From Methanobacteriota archaeon (GTDB taxonomy: Archaea > Thermoplasmatota > Thermoplasmata > SG8-5): 63,347 nucleotides of DNA. Position numbers and translations under genes: made by a program. Of the stretch, positions 9,229 through 18,989 are shown piece after piece. A model generated the notes under the pieces. The model did no database searches. It was not told the origin of the DNA and was given only the letters and a program-made list of their open reading frames with translations. The stretch is from positions 1 to 63,347 of the forward strand of contig VMTD01000005.1 of the NCBI GenBank assembly GCA_013791785.1. Direction: 5' to 3'. Every line of letters begins with the position of its first letter. Positions within the stretch are counted from its first letter, which is position 1.

Positions 9229-12228
9229 TCACAGTGTGTAAGATCCCGGGTAATTGTCAACTTGTTCCGGGTGGGAATCACTGTACTCGCTTGTGTATTT
9301 TGGTGCTGCGATGGAGAATGCCGATTCCATGGTGGTGGAACCCTGGCTCTCTATGGCCCACTTGAGGTACCAGTATGTCCAGGCACCCAGGCCGTACTGG
9401 CTGGCATCATACGTATATTCGTTCCAGCCACAGCCCTGTGCAACGTACCGGCCGCAGTTTGCATCATATCCGCTGCCAGTGTAGCGGTATGCTACCTCGT
9501 CCATGCCTCCGCTCCTGCACTCATCCATGAATACGAAAACCTCCACGCTGGCCAGATTTCTCAGGCGATATGAGAATACATTATCTAGGATGCAACCCGC
9601 ACCGTATCCGCTAGCGTCCCAAGCAAACCATTGGGCCGGGTGGCCGTCTTTCTGACCGTCATATGAAGTGCCGGCACTGGCACTGTATCCGGCCTCGGAT
9701 TGATGGCCTCCGTGCCCGCTGAAAGTGATTACAACCTTTGTGCCAGCCACGGCATTGGCTACGATGTTGTCCACTGCACTGTAAATGGCGGCCTCGCTTG
9801 CCTGGCTGTTAAGAAGACTGGTCACTGCGTACCCCTTGCCCTGGAGATATGTGCCCCATTCCTGGGCGTCTTTGTGAGCATAGGAGAGGTCGTTTATGGT
9901 CTTGTAGTCGGATATGCCAATCACAAGGGCGAGTTTATCGCCTGTAACAACACCGCCATCAGTGCTTGATGCCTTTACCGAAAATGCACCACTACCGCTG
10001 TATGATAGTACCATTATGTGGTAAGTTCCAGCGGAGGGATTGGTGATGGTGACAACCTCGTTGGAGGAGGATGTATAGCCCCTGCCGTCGTAAGTGCTGG
10101 TGGTCGGCTGTGAGCCAAATTTAACGTACAAATCAATGTCGTACCCGCTGCCGGTGTTGTATGTCTCCACCTTGAGGGTGGCCTTGCCTGCGGGTACTGC
10201 CACGGTGAAGTATTTTTTGTCGGCAGTTGCGCTCACGCTGCTGGCAATACCAGAGCCGTCAAGCGTCAGAGTTGAGGAAGAGGATGAGCCGGTGGTTGTG
10301 AAGCTATTGCCCGTGCCAGTTGCCATATTGCCGGCAGCATCGGCCGACTTGACCCTGTAATAATACTTAGTGTTGGCTGCAAGTCCGGTAAGCGGTCGAT
10401 TGTGGCTCGTTACATATGTTGAACCGCTCGCAGTCAAACCGTAACTCGTGGTGGTGCCGTACTCCACAACACTCGTCGCAGCTTCGTTGGTGGTCCACGT
10501 AACCGTGGCACCGGTGTCGGTTATGGATGAAACGGCCATGCTGGAAATGGTCGGAGGTGTTATGTCAGTCGGAGTGCTGGATGTGCTCGTTGCCTTGACG
10601 GAGAACGTACCGCCGCCGCTGTAGGAATAAGCCATGATATAATAGGTGCCGGCAGATGGATTGTTAATGGTTATGACTTCACTGGAGGAAGATGTGTAAC
10701 CCCTGCCGTCATAACTGCTCGAGGTGGGCAACGCACCGAGTTTCACATACAGGTCAAGGTCATATCCGCCGCTGGGGTTGTACGTTTCCACCTTTAGAGT
10801 GGCCTTGCCGGTGGGCACAGCAACACTGAAGTATTTCTTGTCCCCGGTGGCACTGACGCTGCTGGCCGCCCCAGAACCATCAAGTGTAATGGCGATAGGT
10901 CCAGAGGCATCCGCGAGGGTTGTGAAACTGCTGCCCGCGCTGGTTGCCGTGTTACCTGCCGCATCGGTTGATTTCACCCTGTAATAATACTTGGTATTGG
11001 CAGTCAGGCTGGAAAGGGCAACGCTGTGGCTCGTAACACCATTGGTTCCGGTTGCAGTGGAACCATATGAAGTGGTGGTACCATACTCAACGACGGAACT
11101 GCTGGCCTCATTGGTGGTCCATGTTACCATGGCACCGTTGATGGTAATTGAAGAAATTGCAACGCTGGATATGGTCGGAGGAGTGGTGTCTGCCGCGCTC
11201 AGGGTGGTAAAGCTGTTGCCAGTGCTCGTGGCAACATTGTTTGCCAGATCTGCTGATTTGACCCTGTAATAATACTTCGTGTTGGCAGCCAAGCTAGTTA
11301 AGGCAATGCTGTGGCTGGTCTTGAGCGTCGTACTACTGGCAGTTGTCCCGTAACTCGTGGTGGTGCCATATTCTACGATGCTGGTCGCAGGTTCATTGGT
11401 TGTCCATGTTATAGTAGCGCCGCTTGATGTTATTGAAGTGACCGCCAGACCCGATATGGTGGGAGGCGTGGCGTCAACACCGGCGAGAGTGGCCTTGACC
11501 CTGGCATTTCCGCTGCCGCTATATGAATTTACCATTATGTAATATGTACCAGAGGCAGGGCTGCTGAGCACAACCTTTTCATTTGAAGAGGATGTATAGC
11601 CTCTGCCGTCATAGGTGCTGGTGGTCGGAAGCGCGCCAAGCTTGACATAGAGGTCAAAGTCACCCGGGCTTGCAGGTCCCTCGGAGTCTATGGTGAGAGA
11701 CAAGCCACCAGATGGTATGGCTATCGAGAAATATTTCTTGTCGCCAGTGGCACTTAGTGACTGGTAAGAGGACCAGGTGCCGGAGTAATTCGGAACCGTC
11801 ACTACAGAGGTTCCACCCGCCGCGGTGGCCTTGAATGTGTAAGATCCGCTGCCGCTGTAAGAGTTCGCCATAACATAGTACGTTCCGGATACTGGATTGG
11901 TGAGGGTTATGGTTTCGGAAGCAGAGTTGGTATAACCGCGCGCATCGTAACTGCTGGTCGTCGGATAGGCCCCTCTTTTTATGTAGAGGTCGAAATCATA
12001 TCCGGTTCCCGTATTGTATGTTTGAGTGGTAAGCGAGGTATAGCCCGTTCCCAGGGTGAAGTAGAAGTAATCTTTCTGTCCAGACGCGCTGAGGCTGCTG
12101 TTCACCGGTACATCCAGGCTCACCTGCTGATTTACTCCATCAGCCAGTGATAAACCTGCTGTCGCCAGAATGCTGACGCCAAATACTACACACACTAACA
12201 AAATCCATACATTGCTTTTCCACATCAT
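9229..12228 (-). CDS. Secreted clan-CD (caspase/legumain-like) cysteine peptidase with an N-terminal array of PPC (pre-peptidase C-terminal-like) and FN3 domains
   Basis: Signal peptide MMWKSNVWILLVCVVFGVSILA with GGAGG upstream. Four PPC-like units (DxDLYVK...GTYYIMV.SYSGSG). Three FN3 units (PPTIS...YGTTTSYG...NTKYYYRVKS.D.AGN). C-terminal LALVIGISDY...ITFSGHGG...FMDECRSGG supplies the His/Cys dyad motifs. Confidence 0.85.
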   Translation of the reverse strand: MMWKSNVWILLVCVVFGVSILATAGLSLADGVNQQVSLDVPVNSSLSASGQKDYFYFTLGTGYTSLTTQTYNTGTGYDFDLYIKRGAYPTTSSYDARGYTNSASETITLTNPVSGTYYVMANSYSGSGSYTFKATAAGGTSVVTVPNYSGTWSSYQSLSATGDKKYFSIAIPSGGLSLTIDSEGPASPGDFDLYVKLGALPTTSTYDGRGYTSSSNEKVVLSSPASGTYYIMVNSYSGSGNARVKATLAGVDATPPTISGLAVTSITSSGATITWTTNEPATSIVEYGTTTSYGTTASSTTLKTSHSIALTSLAANTKYYYRVKSADLANNVATSTGNSFTTLSAADTTPPTISSVAISSITINGAMVTWTTNEASSSVVEYGTTTSYGSTATGTNGVTSHSVALSSLTANTKYYYRVKSTDAAGNTATSAGSSFTTLADASGPIAITLDGSGAASSVSATGDKKYFSVAVPTGKATLKVETYNPSGGYDLDLYVKLGALPTSSSYDGRGYTSSSSEVITINNPSAGTYYIMAYSYSGGGTFSVKATSTSSTPTDITPPTISSMAVSSITDTGATVTWTTNEAATSVVEYGTTTSYGLTASGSTYVTSHNRPLTGLAANTKYYYRVKSADAAGNMATGTGNSFTTTGSSSSSTLTLDGSGIASSVSATADKKYFTVAVPAGKATLKVETYNTGSGYDIDLYVKFGSQPTTSTYDGRGYTSSSNEVVTITNPSAGTYHIMVLSYSGSGAFSVKASSTDGGVVTGDKLALVIGISDYKTINDLSYAHKDAQEWGTYLQGKGYAVTSLLNSQASEAAIYSAVDNIVANAVAGTKVVITFSGHGGHQSEAGYSASAGTSYDGQKDGHPAQWFAWDASGYGAGCILDNVFSYRLRNLASVEVFVFMDECRSGGMDEVAYRYTGSGYDANCGRYVAQGCGWNEYTYDASQYGLGAWTYWYLKWAIESQGSTTMESAFSIAAPKYTSEYSDSHPEQVDNYPGSYTL

Positions 12229-12396
12229 CTCACAACCTCCTTGACCGCGCGGATATGCGAACGAATTCGGGTAATTATATTTATTACTCCCGAAGTCAAT
12301 TCTAATAACCCATAACGTTGAAGATTGTATATATAGGTTACTTCACCCCATTATCAAAATGTTAAAAAAAAGGGCATAAAACACCCAATAAAGGAA

Positions 12397-13809
12397 TCAG
12401 TTGCGAGAGTGTTTCTTTCGTTTTGGTTTTTCCTCGTCGTCCTTTCTCTTCCAGAATCTTGATTTTTTCAAGAACCAGAAAACAACACACCCGCCCAGAA
12501 AACCAACAATCACGAAAATCGGTATGATGCCATTATCGATCCTGTCATCATCTTCAATCTTCTCCTGACCTGGCTGAGATAGACTCGTCATCACAATGTC
12601 CCTGTCCGTTCCGTCAGTGAGCAGGGCGCTGGTGGTCTCCCATACTACTATAATTTCTTCATCGACTTGTATCGCGTCGTGTCCGGGCACGACCGTTCCA
12701 CCCGAATCCGCAGAATCCTTCCCCTCGGACACCACCAGAACGCTCCCGAGGGTTGTCCCGTTAATCTCGGCCACAGCTATGTCCCAACCATCTCCGCCTG
12801 TAATGGAGGGATCAGAACTTTGCCATGACAACCAGACACTGCTTTTGAACGGAAAAAGTAACGGATATACGTCATCGCCGGTGTCATGGGAAGATGACAG
12901 CGCATGAGTGCTCCAGGTACCGTTGTACATTGCCAATCCTATGTCCATGTCATCCCCCGGACCGACTGACTTGTCCTTTGACTGCCAGGCTATGTACAAA
13001 CAATTGTTCAGAGTGAGCATGCTCGGGTACATGTCGTCCTCGGTGTCTGCCGTGTCCGAAAGCTGCACTATCTCATCTAGAGAATGGTTCTGGAGGTGGA
13101 AGGACGCTGCCACGATGTCCATATCCATGCTGTTCGTGTATGCATTGTCGCCGCTGCTCCACGCAATCCAAAGTTTATCATCCAGGAAAACGGCAGAGGG
13201 GTTCAGGTTCATGCCCTTCCAGTCCTTGGTGACCACAAGGGCCTCTGAAGGAACAGAATTGTAAGTGGCCAGCAGGATGTGTCCCTCTACCCCCTCGATT
13301 GAATGCCAGAGGACAATGACGCCATTCTGGTACGGCACCAGACATGGCGCATAATCGTTTGCAGTGTCATTGGATACCGTGAGCTCTATAGGGGTGTTCC
13401 ACCCTGTTTCAGGATAATAAATTGATAGAGCAATGTCCCAATCTAATCCTGATGTGTACTGTGAATTATCCGTTGCCCATGCAGCATAAATCAGACCACC
13501 CGAAGCGCAGAGTGCCAAGTCTCTCTCGTTGCCAGTGCCCTCCACCAACTTTTCCACTCCAGACCACGTGCCCTGGTAGCGCACATTGTACCTTATGTTG
13601 ACATTGGAACCTTCGGATGCAAGCCAGGCTACCACAAGGGCGCCGCCGGTTTCGGCAATACTGGGCGATCTGTCGATTCGGGAATCTCCAGCCTCGGTAA
13701 TCTCTGTGGTGTAGAACGCATTCACACCGGATAACAGGTTGATGGAGATTAAAAAGAGTACAAGAAACAGTGTGATGATGGTGACTTTCCCTGTCCTGCA
13801 TGCCGTCAT
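12397..13809 (-). CDS. Membrane-anchored beta-propeller-like repeat protein (about 7 repeats of W-x-S/T...D-x-D-I)
   Basis: The start ATG overlaps the upstream stop (ATGA) and gives signal/TM MTACRTGKVTIITLFLVLFLISI. Repeats include IAWSSGDNAYTNSMDMDIV, IAWQSKDKSVGPGDDMDIG and LSWQSSDPSITGGDGWDIA. C-terminal TM plus a K/R-rich tail. Confidence 0.75.
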   Translation of the reverse strand: MTACRTGKVTIITLFLVLFLISINLLSGVNAFYTTEITEAGDSRIDRSPSIAETGGALVVAWLASEGSNVNIRYNVRYQGTWSGVEKLVEGTGNERDLALCASGGLIYAAWATDNSQYTSGLDWDIALSIYYPETGWNTPIELTVSNDTANDYAPCLVPYQNGVIVLWHSIEGVEGHILLATYNSVPSEALVVTKDWKGMNLNPSAVFLDDKLWIAWSSGDNAYTNSMDMDIVAASFHLQNHSLDEIVQLSDTADTEDDMYPSMLTLNNCLYIAWQSKDKSVGPGDDMDIGLAMYNGTWSTHALSSSHDTGDDVYPLLFPFKSSVWLSWQSSDPSITGGDGWDIAVAEINGTTLGSVLVVSEGKDSADSGGTVVPGHDAIQVDEEIIVVWETTSALLTDGTDRDIVMTSLSQPGQEKIEDDDRIDNGIIPIFVIVGFLGGCVVFWFLKKSRFWKRKDDEEKPKRKKHSRN

Positions 13810-15590
13810 TCGCTCTTCCTCCGGGCGATGAATTTGGTGATGAACATCATTACCAGAACGGAGAGCAGAATTCCAAGCCCCAGGGACAACAGCATTTGAC
13901 CCATGGTCCAATTGGAACCGGCTTCTTCCTCGTTCAGCGAAGAATCATCGCCAGTGGTGTTATCATCAGCAATAACATTGTTTTCTTGAATGGGGATGGT
14001 GACCTCGGCAGTGGCTATGTTGTTCCATGGTTCCAAGTCCTCCGAACAGTTGGCCACGACAACCAAAGTGTGGTGACCTGATTGGGGATACCAAAAGAAG
14101 GAATGGAAATAGAACTGGTCAGTGTTGATGGTAAAATTAGTGGAGTTCAAGAGCACACCGTTGGAAGGGAGGCCCTGGAATACTTCCAAATGGACATCGC
14201 CCGAAGCCTCTCCTCTATTGTACAGGACAATGGTGACCTCCACCTTGGAAACATTCACCCAGCTGAACGCTATCCCATTCTGAATTATCAAGACATCAGG
14301 ATATACGGGGAGAATCGTAAGAATGGCCGATGAATTGGCAGCGAGTCGTTTCTCATTAATGAAAACCGTGAAATCATATTCTCCCGGTTCGGTTGGAGTC
14401 GTGATGTTAAAGTGAGCTTCGCCCATGTCATTTGTGGTGGACAGATATTCTACTCCTTCAAGAACAAGAACAGCCTCCTGACCGAATACATTGGACCCGT
14501 CCTCGTACACGGCACTACATTTTATGGATAGTTCCCTTCCGGGTTTGCTGGTCACATTTTCAACCGTCACTTTGATGCTCGAGTAGTAAATGTCGCGTCT
14601 GTACCACTCGGTTTCAGCCATGTTGCCTGATAAATCCAGCGCACGCACCTTCAAAAGTACGAACGTGCCACCCGGAAACGGCCCCACGTCCCCAAGAAAG
14701 CCGTCCTTCGTTTCATTCATTGACAGTTCCTCTTCGTCCGCATCACCTACTGAAAAAATCAGCGTGACTGGTTTGTCCTTAGCTAGTCCCAGGTCATCCT
14801 CTACTAATGCCAATACACTCACAATATCCTCGCTTGTTGGCTCCTTCAGGGATATCTGAGGTTCGGAAATCACCGGGGGGAATGTGTCTTGTATCTCGAT
14901 AGTGTTGTTAGCCTGATTGTTTGTAATGTTCCTGTCAGAAGGTTCCACCTGGTCTGCCACCACGGTAAACAGATGAATTCCGCTCTCCGCAACCCACAAC
15001 ACCCCAACAATATTGGAACCGTTCGCAGGAACGACGATGCGCTCCGAGAACAACAATTCGCCCTGGAATGGCGTGCCCAAAAATAGTTTCACTGTCGTGT
15101 TGGCATCCAGTTCACCAATGTTTCGAACCGTGGTGTTCACCAAGACCTTGCTACCTGTCTCGAAAGCATCGGACCAGAAGGATATGTCCTCCTCTTGGAC
15201 GCAGATGTCCGGCGCAGGAGGCGGTGGAGCCATCACCGTCAGAAAAAGAATGGAATTGCCTGAATAAATACTCCAAAATGCAGAAACATTAATAGAATAT
15301 TCCCCCAAGGCCAATGGAGCGTTGAAAGACGCGACGAACATCCCCTTGTCATCCGTGGTGGTGTTGACCGTTATATTCGTTTTCTCAACAATAATCTCTA
15401 CTGTCGCGTCGGCAACCAACATATTCTTTGAGTCCTTCACGGTGCCGGTAACCACCGCCTCATCACCAGGGTAGACTGTTTCATCATTCAGTGCGGTTTC
15501 GACCGTCAAGGACGTGGCTAGGACCGGGACGGCACAGATGGAAGATAGCAACAGGATAACTAGTATACCTCTCCACAACGCATGCGCCAT
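13806..15590 (-). CDS. Secreted CARDB / carboxypeptidase-regulatory-like multi-domain protein with a C-terminal TM anchor
   Basis: The first ATG gives signal MAHALWRGILVILLLSSICAVPVLA. Two CARDB-like units (VRNIGELDANTTVKLF..., LYNRGEASGDVHLEVF...). C-terminal TM LLSLGLGILLSVLVMMFI. Confidence 0.8.
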   Translation of the reverse strand: MAHALWRGILVILLLSSICAVPVLATSLTVETALNDETVYPGDEAVVTGTVKDSKNMLVADATVEIIVEKTNITVNTTTDDKGMFVASFNAPLALGEYSINVSAFWSIYSGNSILFLTVMAPPPPAPDICVQEEDISFWSDAFETGSKVLVNTTVRNIGELDANTTVKLFLGTPFQGELLFSERIVVPANGSNIVGVLWVAESGIHLFTVVADQVEPSDRNITNNQANNTIEIQDTFPPVISEPQISLKEPTSEDIVSVLALVEDDLGLAKDKPVTLIFSVGDADEEELSMNETKDGFLGDVGPFPGGTFVLLKVRALDLSGNMAETEWYRRDIYYSSIKVTVENVTSKPGRELSIKCSAVYEDGSNVFGQEAVLVLEGVEYLSTTNDMGEAHFNITTPTEPGEYDFTVFINEKRLAANSSAILTILPVYPDVLIIQNGIAFSWVNVSKVEVTIVLYNRGEASGDVHLEVFQGLPSNGVLLNSTNFTINTDQFYFHSFFWYPQSGHHTLVVVANCSEDLEPWNNIATAEVTIPIQENNVIADDNTTGDDSSLNEEEAGSNWTMGQMLLSLGLGILLSVLVMMFITKFIARRKSE

Positions 15591-15632
15591 GTAACAACAA
15601 AACACCAAGCTTCTATTTAAATTTGCGCCTGC

Positions 15633-16403
15633 TCACGGTTCGCGCCACCTGGCCTTCCACATCACCAGCGCGGAGAATACGACCACCGTGACAATCAGCA
15701 CGAGCCAGTGCAGCATGAAGGCCGTGGGGTCCATGACGGTTTCGCCAGCACCGGTCGCATAGCGGATTATGGCCGCTGCGTTGGACGTGGGAAAGATGTA
15801 GACTATCCATGACAGATTCATTCCGCTCATGTTGGTCAGCATTGCCTCCGAGTAATAGACCGGCGGCAGGAAAACGAATCCGAAGCTGAGTATGTTGGCG
15901 ATGATTCCCAGGGTGTTGGGGCTGGTCTTGTGTTGGTATGTGGCTATGGTGAATCCCATTGCGGCAAGTGCGAGCCAGCAGAGTATCATGGCCCCCAACG
16001 TCACCAGGATTGAAAATGGGTCGAACAGACCCCGGTAAACCCCGTAACACAAGAACGCGATGAATCCCGGGAAGGAAAATATCAGAAATCCGAGAGTGAG
16101 GCCCATGGCATAGGACAGCGGATGAACGGGCATGGCCACCACCATCTCCCTGAGCTTGACATATCTGTCCCAGGTGATGTCCTGTATCGACGCGGTAATG
16201 GCTATGAATCCGATGCTGGATACTATAACACCCACAAGGCCCACGTCCATCATTTCCGCCCCGCCGAAGAGTGTGATGAAGAACAGCGGTATCGCAGCCA
16301 GTCCCACAAGGATCAGGAGCATGAGTGGCTGCCTTTTGATGTCGGGAATGGATTTCATGTAGGCGATTATCCATGTATCTTTGATTATCTTCCTGATGCT
16401 CAT
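15633..16403 (-). CDS. ABC-2 type transporter permease
   Basis: 256 aa with about 6 predicted TM helices. Translationally coupled (ATGA) to the ATPase gene. Confidence 0.85.
   Translation of the reverse strand: MSIRKIIKDTWIIAYMKSIPDIKRQPLMLLILVGLAAIPLFFITLFGGAEMMDVGLVGVIVSSIGFIAITASIQDITWDRYVKLREMVVAMPVHPLSYAMGLTLGFLIFSFPGFIAFLCYGVYRGLFDPFSILVTLGAMILCWLALAAMGFTIATYQHKTSPNTLGIIANILSFGFVFLPPVYYSEAMLTNMSGMNLSWIVYIFPTSNAAAIIRYATGAGETVMDPTAFMLHWLVLIVTVVVFSALVMWKARWREP
15637..15788 (-). repeat. Direct repeat copy 2 (the native permease 3' end); partner at 5098-5249
   Basis: See 5098-5249. Confidence 0.9.
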
Positions 16404-17311
16404 TCCAGCTCACCTCCGGCAAGTCTGACGAACGCATCCTCCAGCGTTACGGGCGCTGCCTCGGCTTGAACGCCCCTCTTCAGCATGTCACGGACTAGTT
16501 CTATTGCATCATCGTCGCTCTTCAGATAGACCACCAGGCGGTCGCCTATCTTTGTGACCTCAGGATACTTGGATTGGTCTATTTCCCCTTCCGGGGCGAT
16601 TACCCTGTACCTGTAAGGGACCTGTTTCTTTATCTCGGCGGTGGTGCCGACTATCACAAGTTCGCCCTTGTTGATTATGGCCAAACGGTCGGAAACCATT
16701 TCAGCCTCGTCCATCATGTGCGTCGTCAAAATGATTGTATTGCCCTTGGCTGCCCTGTCCCGGAGGGTGGACCATACGTTCCTTCGGCCGATGGCATCCA
16801 GGCCGCTTGTCGGTTCGTCCAGCATCATTATGGGTGCGTCGCTGGCCAGTGTCGCCGCGATTAGCGCTCGGCGCTTCTCGCCGCCGGACATGGATTGGCA
16901 TGGCTTTAAACGCATATCCCACATGAGCATGGCTCTCAGCGCCTCCTCGGCGTTCTTCTTGGCCTTGGCCTTGTCCATTCCCCTGAGCAGACAGAAATTG
17001 TAGGCATAGTCCCACGGGGTGAAATTCGCATAGGCCATCGCGTCCTGCGGGACCATGGCAATCTTTTCCCGTATCGCATTCGGTTCATTCACCACGCTGT
17101 ATCCCAGGATGTGCGCGTCCCCGGAAGTGGGCATGAGTTGGGTGCACAGTATCCTGAGAAAGGTGGTCTTACCGGCGCCGTTCGGTCCGAGTATGGTGAA
17201 CACCTCGCCCTTGTTGACTGTGAGGTTCATATCCTTGAGTGCCTGGGTCTTCTTCTCATATGTCTTCGAGATTCCTTTCGCAACTATTGCGGGTTCGTGA
17301 ATTTGATTCAT
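16400..17311 (-). CDS. ABC transporter ATP-binding protein (ABC-2/DrrA-like)
   Basis: Walker A GPNGAGKTT, signature MSGGEKRR, Walker B IMMLDEPTSGLD. Confidence 0.93.
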   Translation of the reverse strand: MNQIHEPAIVAKGISKTYEKKTQALKDMNLTVNKGEVFTILGPNGAGKTTFLRILCTQLMPTSGDAHILGYSVVNEPNAIREKIAMVPQDAMAYANFTPWDYAYNFCLLRGMDKAKAKKNAEEALRAMLMWDMRLKPCQSMSGGEKRRALIAATLASDAPIMMLDEPTSGLDAIGRRNVWSTLRDRAAKGNTIILTTHMMDEAEMVSDRLAIINKGELVIVGTTAEIKKQVPYRYRVIAPEGEIDQSKYPEVTKIGDRLVVYLKSDDDAIELVRDMLKRGVQAEAAPVTLEDAFVRLAGGELE

Positions 17312-17331
17312 GTTCGCACCTTTTCTGTACC

Positions 17332-17339
17332 CTTATAAA
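17332..17339 (-). promoter_or_regulatory. TATA-like box (TTTTATAA on the minus strand) centred about 24-25 nt upstream of the ABC ATPase ATG
   Basis: The position and sequence resemble the pyrF and DGGGPS upstream boxes. Confidence 0.4.
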
Positions 17340-17448
17340 ATGTACAGTATATTTAAAGAACGTGGAAACGGATGACCACTTTGTTTCATAATTCAAATGA
17401 TTTTTCAATGACAAACTTATTATCCCATACGCGGAATATGGTTGGTTG

Positions 17449-18150
17449 ATGGCAAAGAAAAAAGGCTCAGGGAAGGGCAAGAAGAAGCCCGTGTCCAAAC
17501 CAGCCAAGAGCGGCAAGACGCCACCGGACAGAGAGCCAACGCTGAAAGAACTCAAGAGGACGCTGGATAACCTGAAGAAGCAGAACGAGAAGCTTCAGAA
17601 GGAACTGGCAAAGGTATCGGCCCAGTCCAGGGACCAGCAAAAACAGTTGATTAGCCTCCAGGGGAAGATGGACACCCGGGTGAAGCGCGAGGATATTCTA
17701 ATGGCCGCTCTCGGGATAAATACCAGGACCAAGAAAGGCGATTCAGGAGCAGTCGGCAAAATAAGCCAGTCCCTGATCAAAACAGATGAGCATCTGGTGA
17801 AGATGGGAAAGAGAATCGAAAACATGCTCTCCGCCCTGAAGAATCACAGGGAATATCTTATCCGTCTGAACAAGAAGGTTTACAAAGTTGAGCCAATGAA
17901 GAAAATAGAGATGGAACTGGGCATAATGAACAACACCCTCTCCATAATGGCGCTCAGCGGTTTCAATATTGACAAGGCACTCTTCGGTGACATGAAGAAT
18001 ATCAGAAAGATGATGCTGAAGGAGGATGCCGAAATAGCCAAGGTACAGAAGCGCATGGTCGGTTTCAAGAGAAAGTTCGAGGAAGAGATGCAGAGATTCG
18101 ACCTGGACAGTATTTTCAACAAAGGTGCCCACATTCCGGGTTACCGTTGA
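17449..18150 (+). CDS. Hypothetical coiled-coil protein with a lysine-rich N-terminus
   Basis: The ATG at 17449 (preceded by a TTG) gives MAKKKGSGKGKKKPVSKPAK followed by heptad-rich helical sequence. No recognisable catalytic motif. Confidence 0.6.
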   Translation: MAKKKGSGKGKKKPVSKPAKSGKTPPDREPTLKELKRTLDNLKKQNEKLQKELAKVSAQSRDQQKQLISLQGKMDTRVKREDILMAALGINTRTKKGDSGAVGKISQSLIKTDEHLVKMGKRIENMLSALKNHREYLIRLNKKVYKVEPMKKIEMELGIMNNTLSIMALSGFNIDKALFGDMKNIRKMMLKEDAEIAKVQKRMVGFKRKFEEEMQRFDLDSIFNKGAHIPGYR

Positions 18151-18983
18151 ACGGCCATTTCCCGCGCTCCGATGAAATCCTTGATTAATCTGGCAGCCAG
18201 TACCGAAGTATTACCGTTGTCCGCGGGGGGGCAGACTTCCACCATGTCGAATCCCACAGTTCGGTGGGCCAAGTGCCGAATGATATCTCTGACCATGGCC
18301 GATTCAAGGCCGAACGGTTCAGGGGTGCCGACGCCTGGCGCGTATGCCGGGTCTATGCCGTCCATGTCCACAGAAACATATAGATTGCCAGGCAATGTGC
18401 TGTCTATGAACTCTATCAATTTTTTCGTGCCCAGTTCCCTTGCCCGGTCCGCGGTTACATAATCCAGGCCGAGCCGCTCAGCGTCCTCGAATTCTGATTT
18501 GCAGATTGAACGAATACCCACCGGAAGCACCTTTTCCGGAGAAATAATCTCATCAATGCGCCTGGTGGCGCAGGCATGATTGTTCTTGTCGCCTTTCAAC
18601 TCGTTCCTGTAATCCAGATGCGCATCGAAAACCAGGACCGCCACATCGTGAAAAGCTTCAATGGCATAGGGGGTAACAGAATGTTCCCCGCCCAACATTA
18701 TCGGAACCTTGCCGTCCTTCAATATTCCTTTCACGGCTTCGAGAATCTCTTCCCTGGGCTTTTCCATGGGCAAATCACCCATGTCGTGCGTCGGAATCAT
18801 GGAGAGGTCCATTTTCATATCCGGTATGAAGGATTCGAAGGTGTAGGATTCCCTGCGAATGGCCTGCGGGGCCTCGGCGCTTCCCTTGCGGTGGGTCCCG
18901 GTGATGTCCAACGGTGCACCGAATATAACATATTTACTGTGGCTGTAAGTTGAACCCGCGTCGGAGAAAAGCGTACCGCCCAT
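18141..18983 (-). CDS. speB: Agmatinase (arginase/ureohydrolase family)
   Basis: Mn-binding motifs GGEHSVT, VFDAHLD and SVDMDGIDP. Lies 6 nt downstream of the aIF5A gene. Confidence 0.88.
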   Translation of the reverse strand: MGGTLFSDAGSTYSHSKYVIFGAPLDITGTHRKGSAEAPQAIRRESYTFESFIPDMKMDLSMIPTHDMGDLPMEKPREEILEAVKGILKDGKVPIMLGGEHSVTPYAIEAFHDVAVLVFDAHLDYRNELKGDKNNHACATRRIDEIISPEKVLPVGIRSICKSEFEDAERLGLDYVTADRARELGTKKLIEFIDSTLPGNLYVSVDMDGIDPAYAPGVGTPEPFGLESAMVRDIIRHLAHRTVGFDMVEVCPPADNGNTSVLAARLIKDFIGAREMAVQR

Positions 18984-18989
18984 GCGACA

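Noticed and set aside
10094-11269. Three similar plus-strand ORFs (10094-10360, 10724-10984, 10991-11269) with related protein sequences
   Set aside because: Their similarity only mirrors the PPC/FN3 tandem repeats of the real minus-strand gene; they are antisense shadows.
15606-15608. ORF-track starts that are TTG/GTG codons rendered as M (15608, 4879, 17446, 20417, 27834, 38782, 54849, 55142)
   Set aside because: In each case an in-frame ATG a few codons downstream gives a better N-terminus (signal peptide or family-typical start) and better promoter/RBS spacing. Coordinates were adjusted accordingly, but the alternative starts cannot be excluded.
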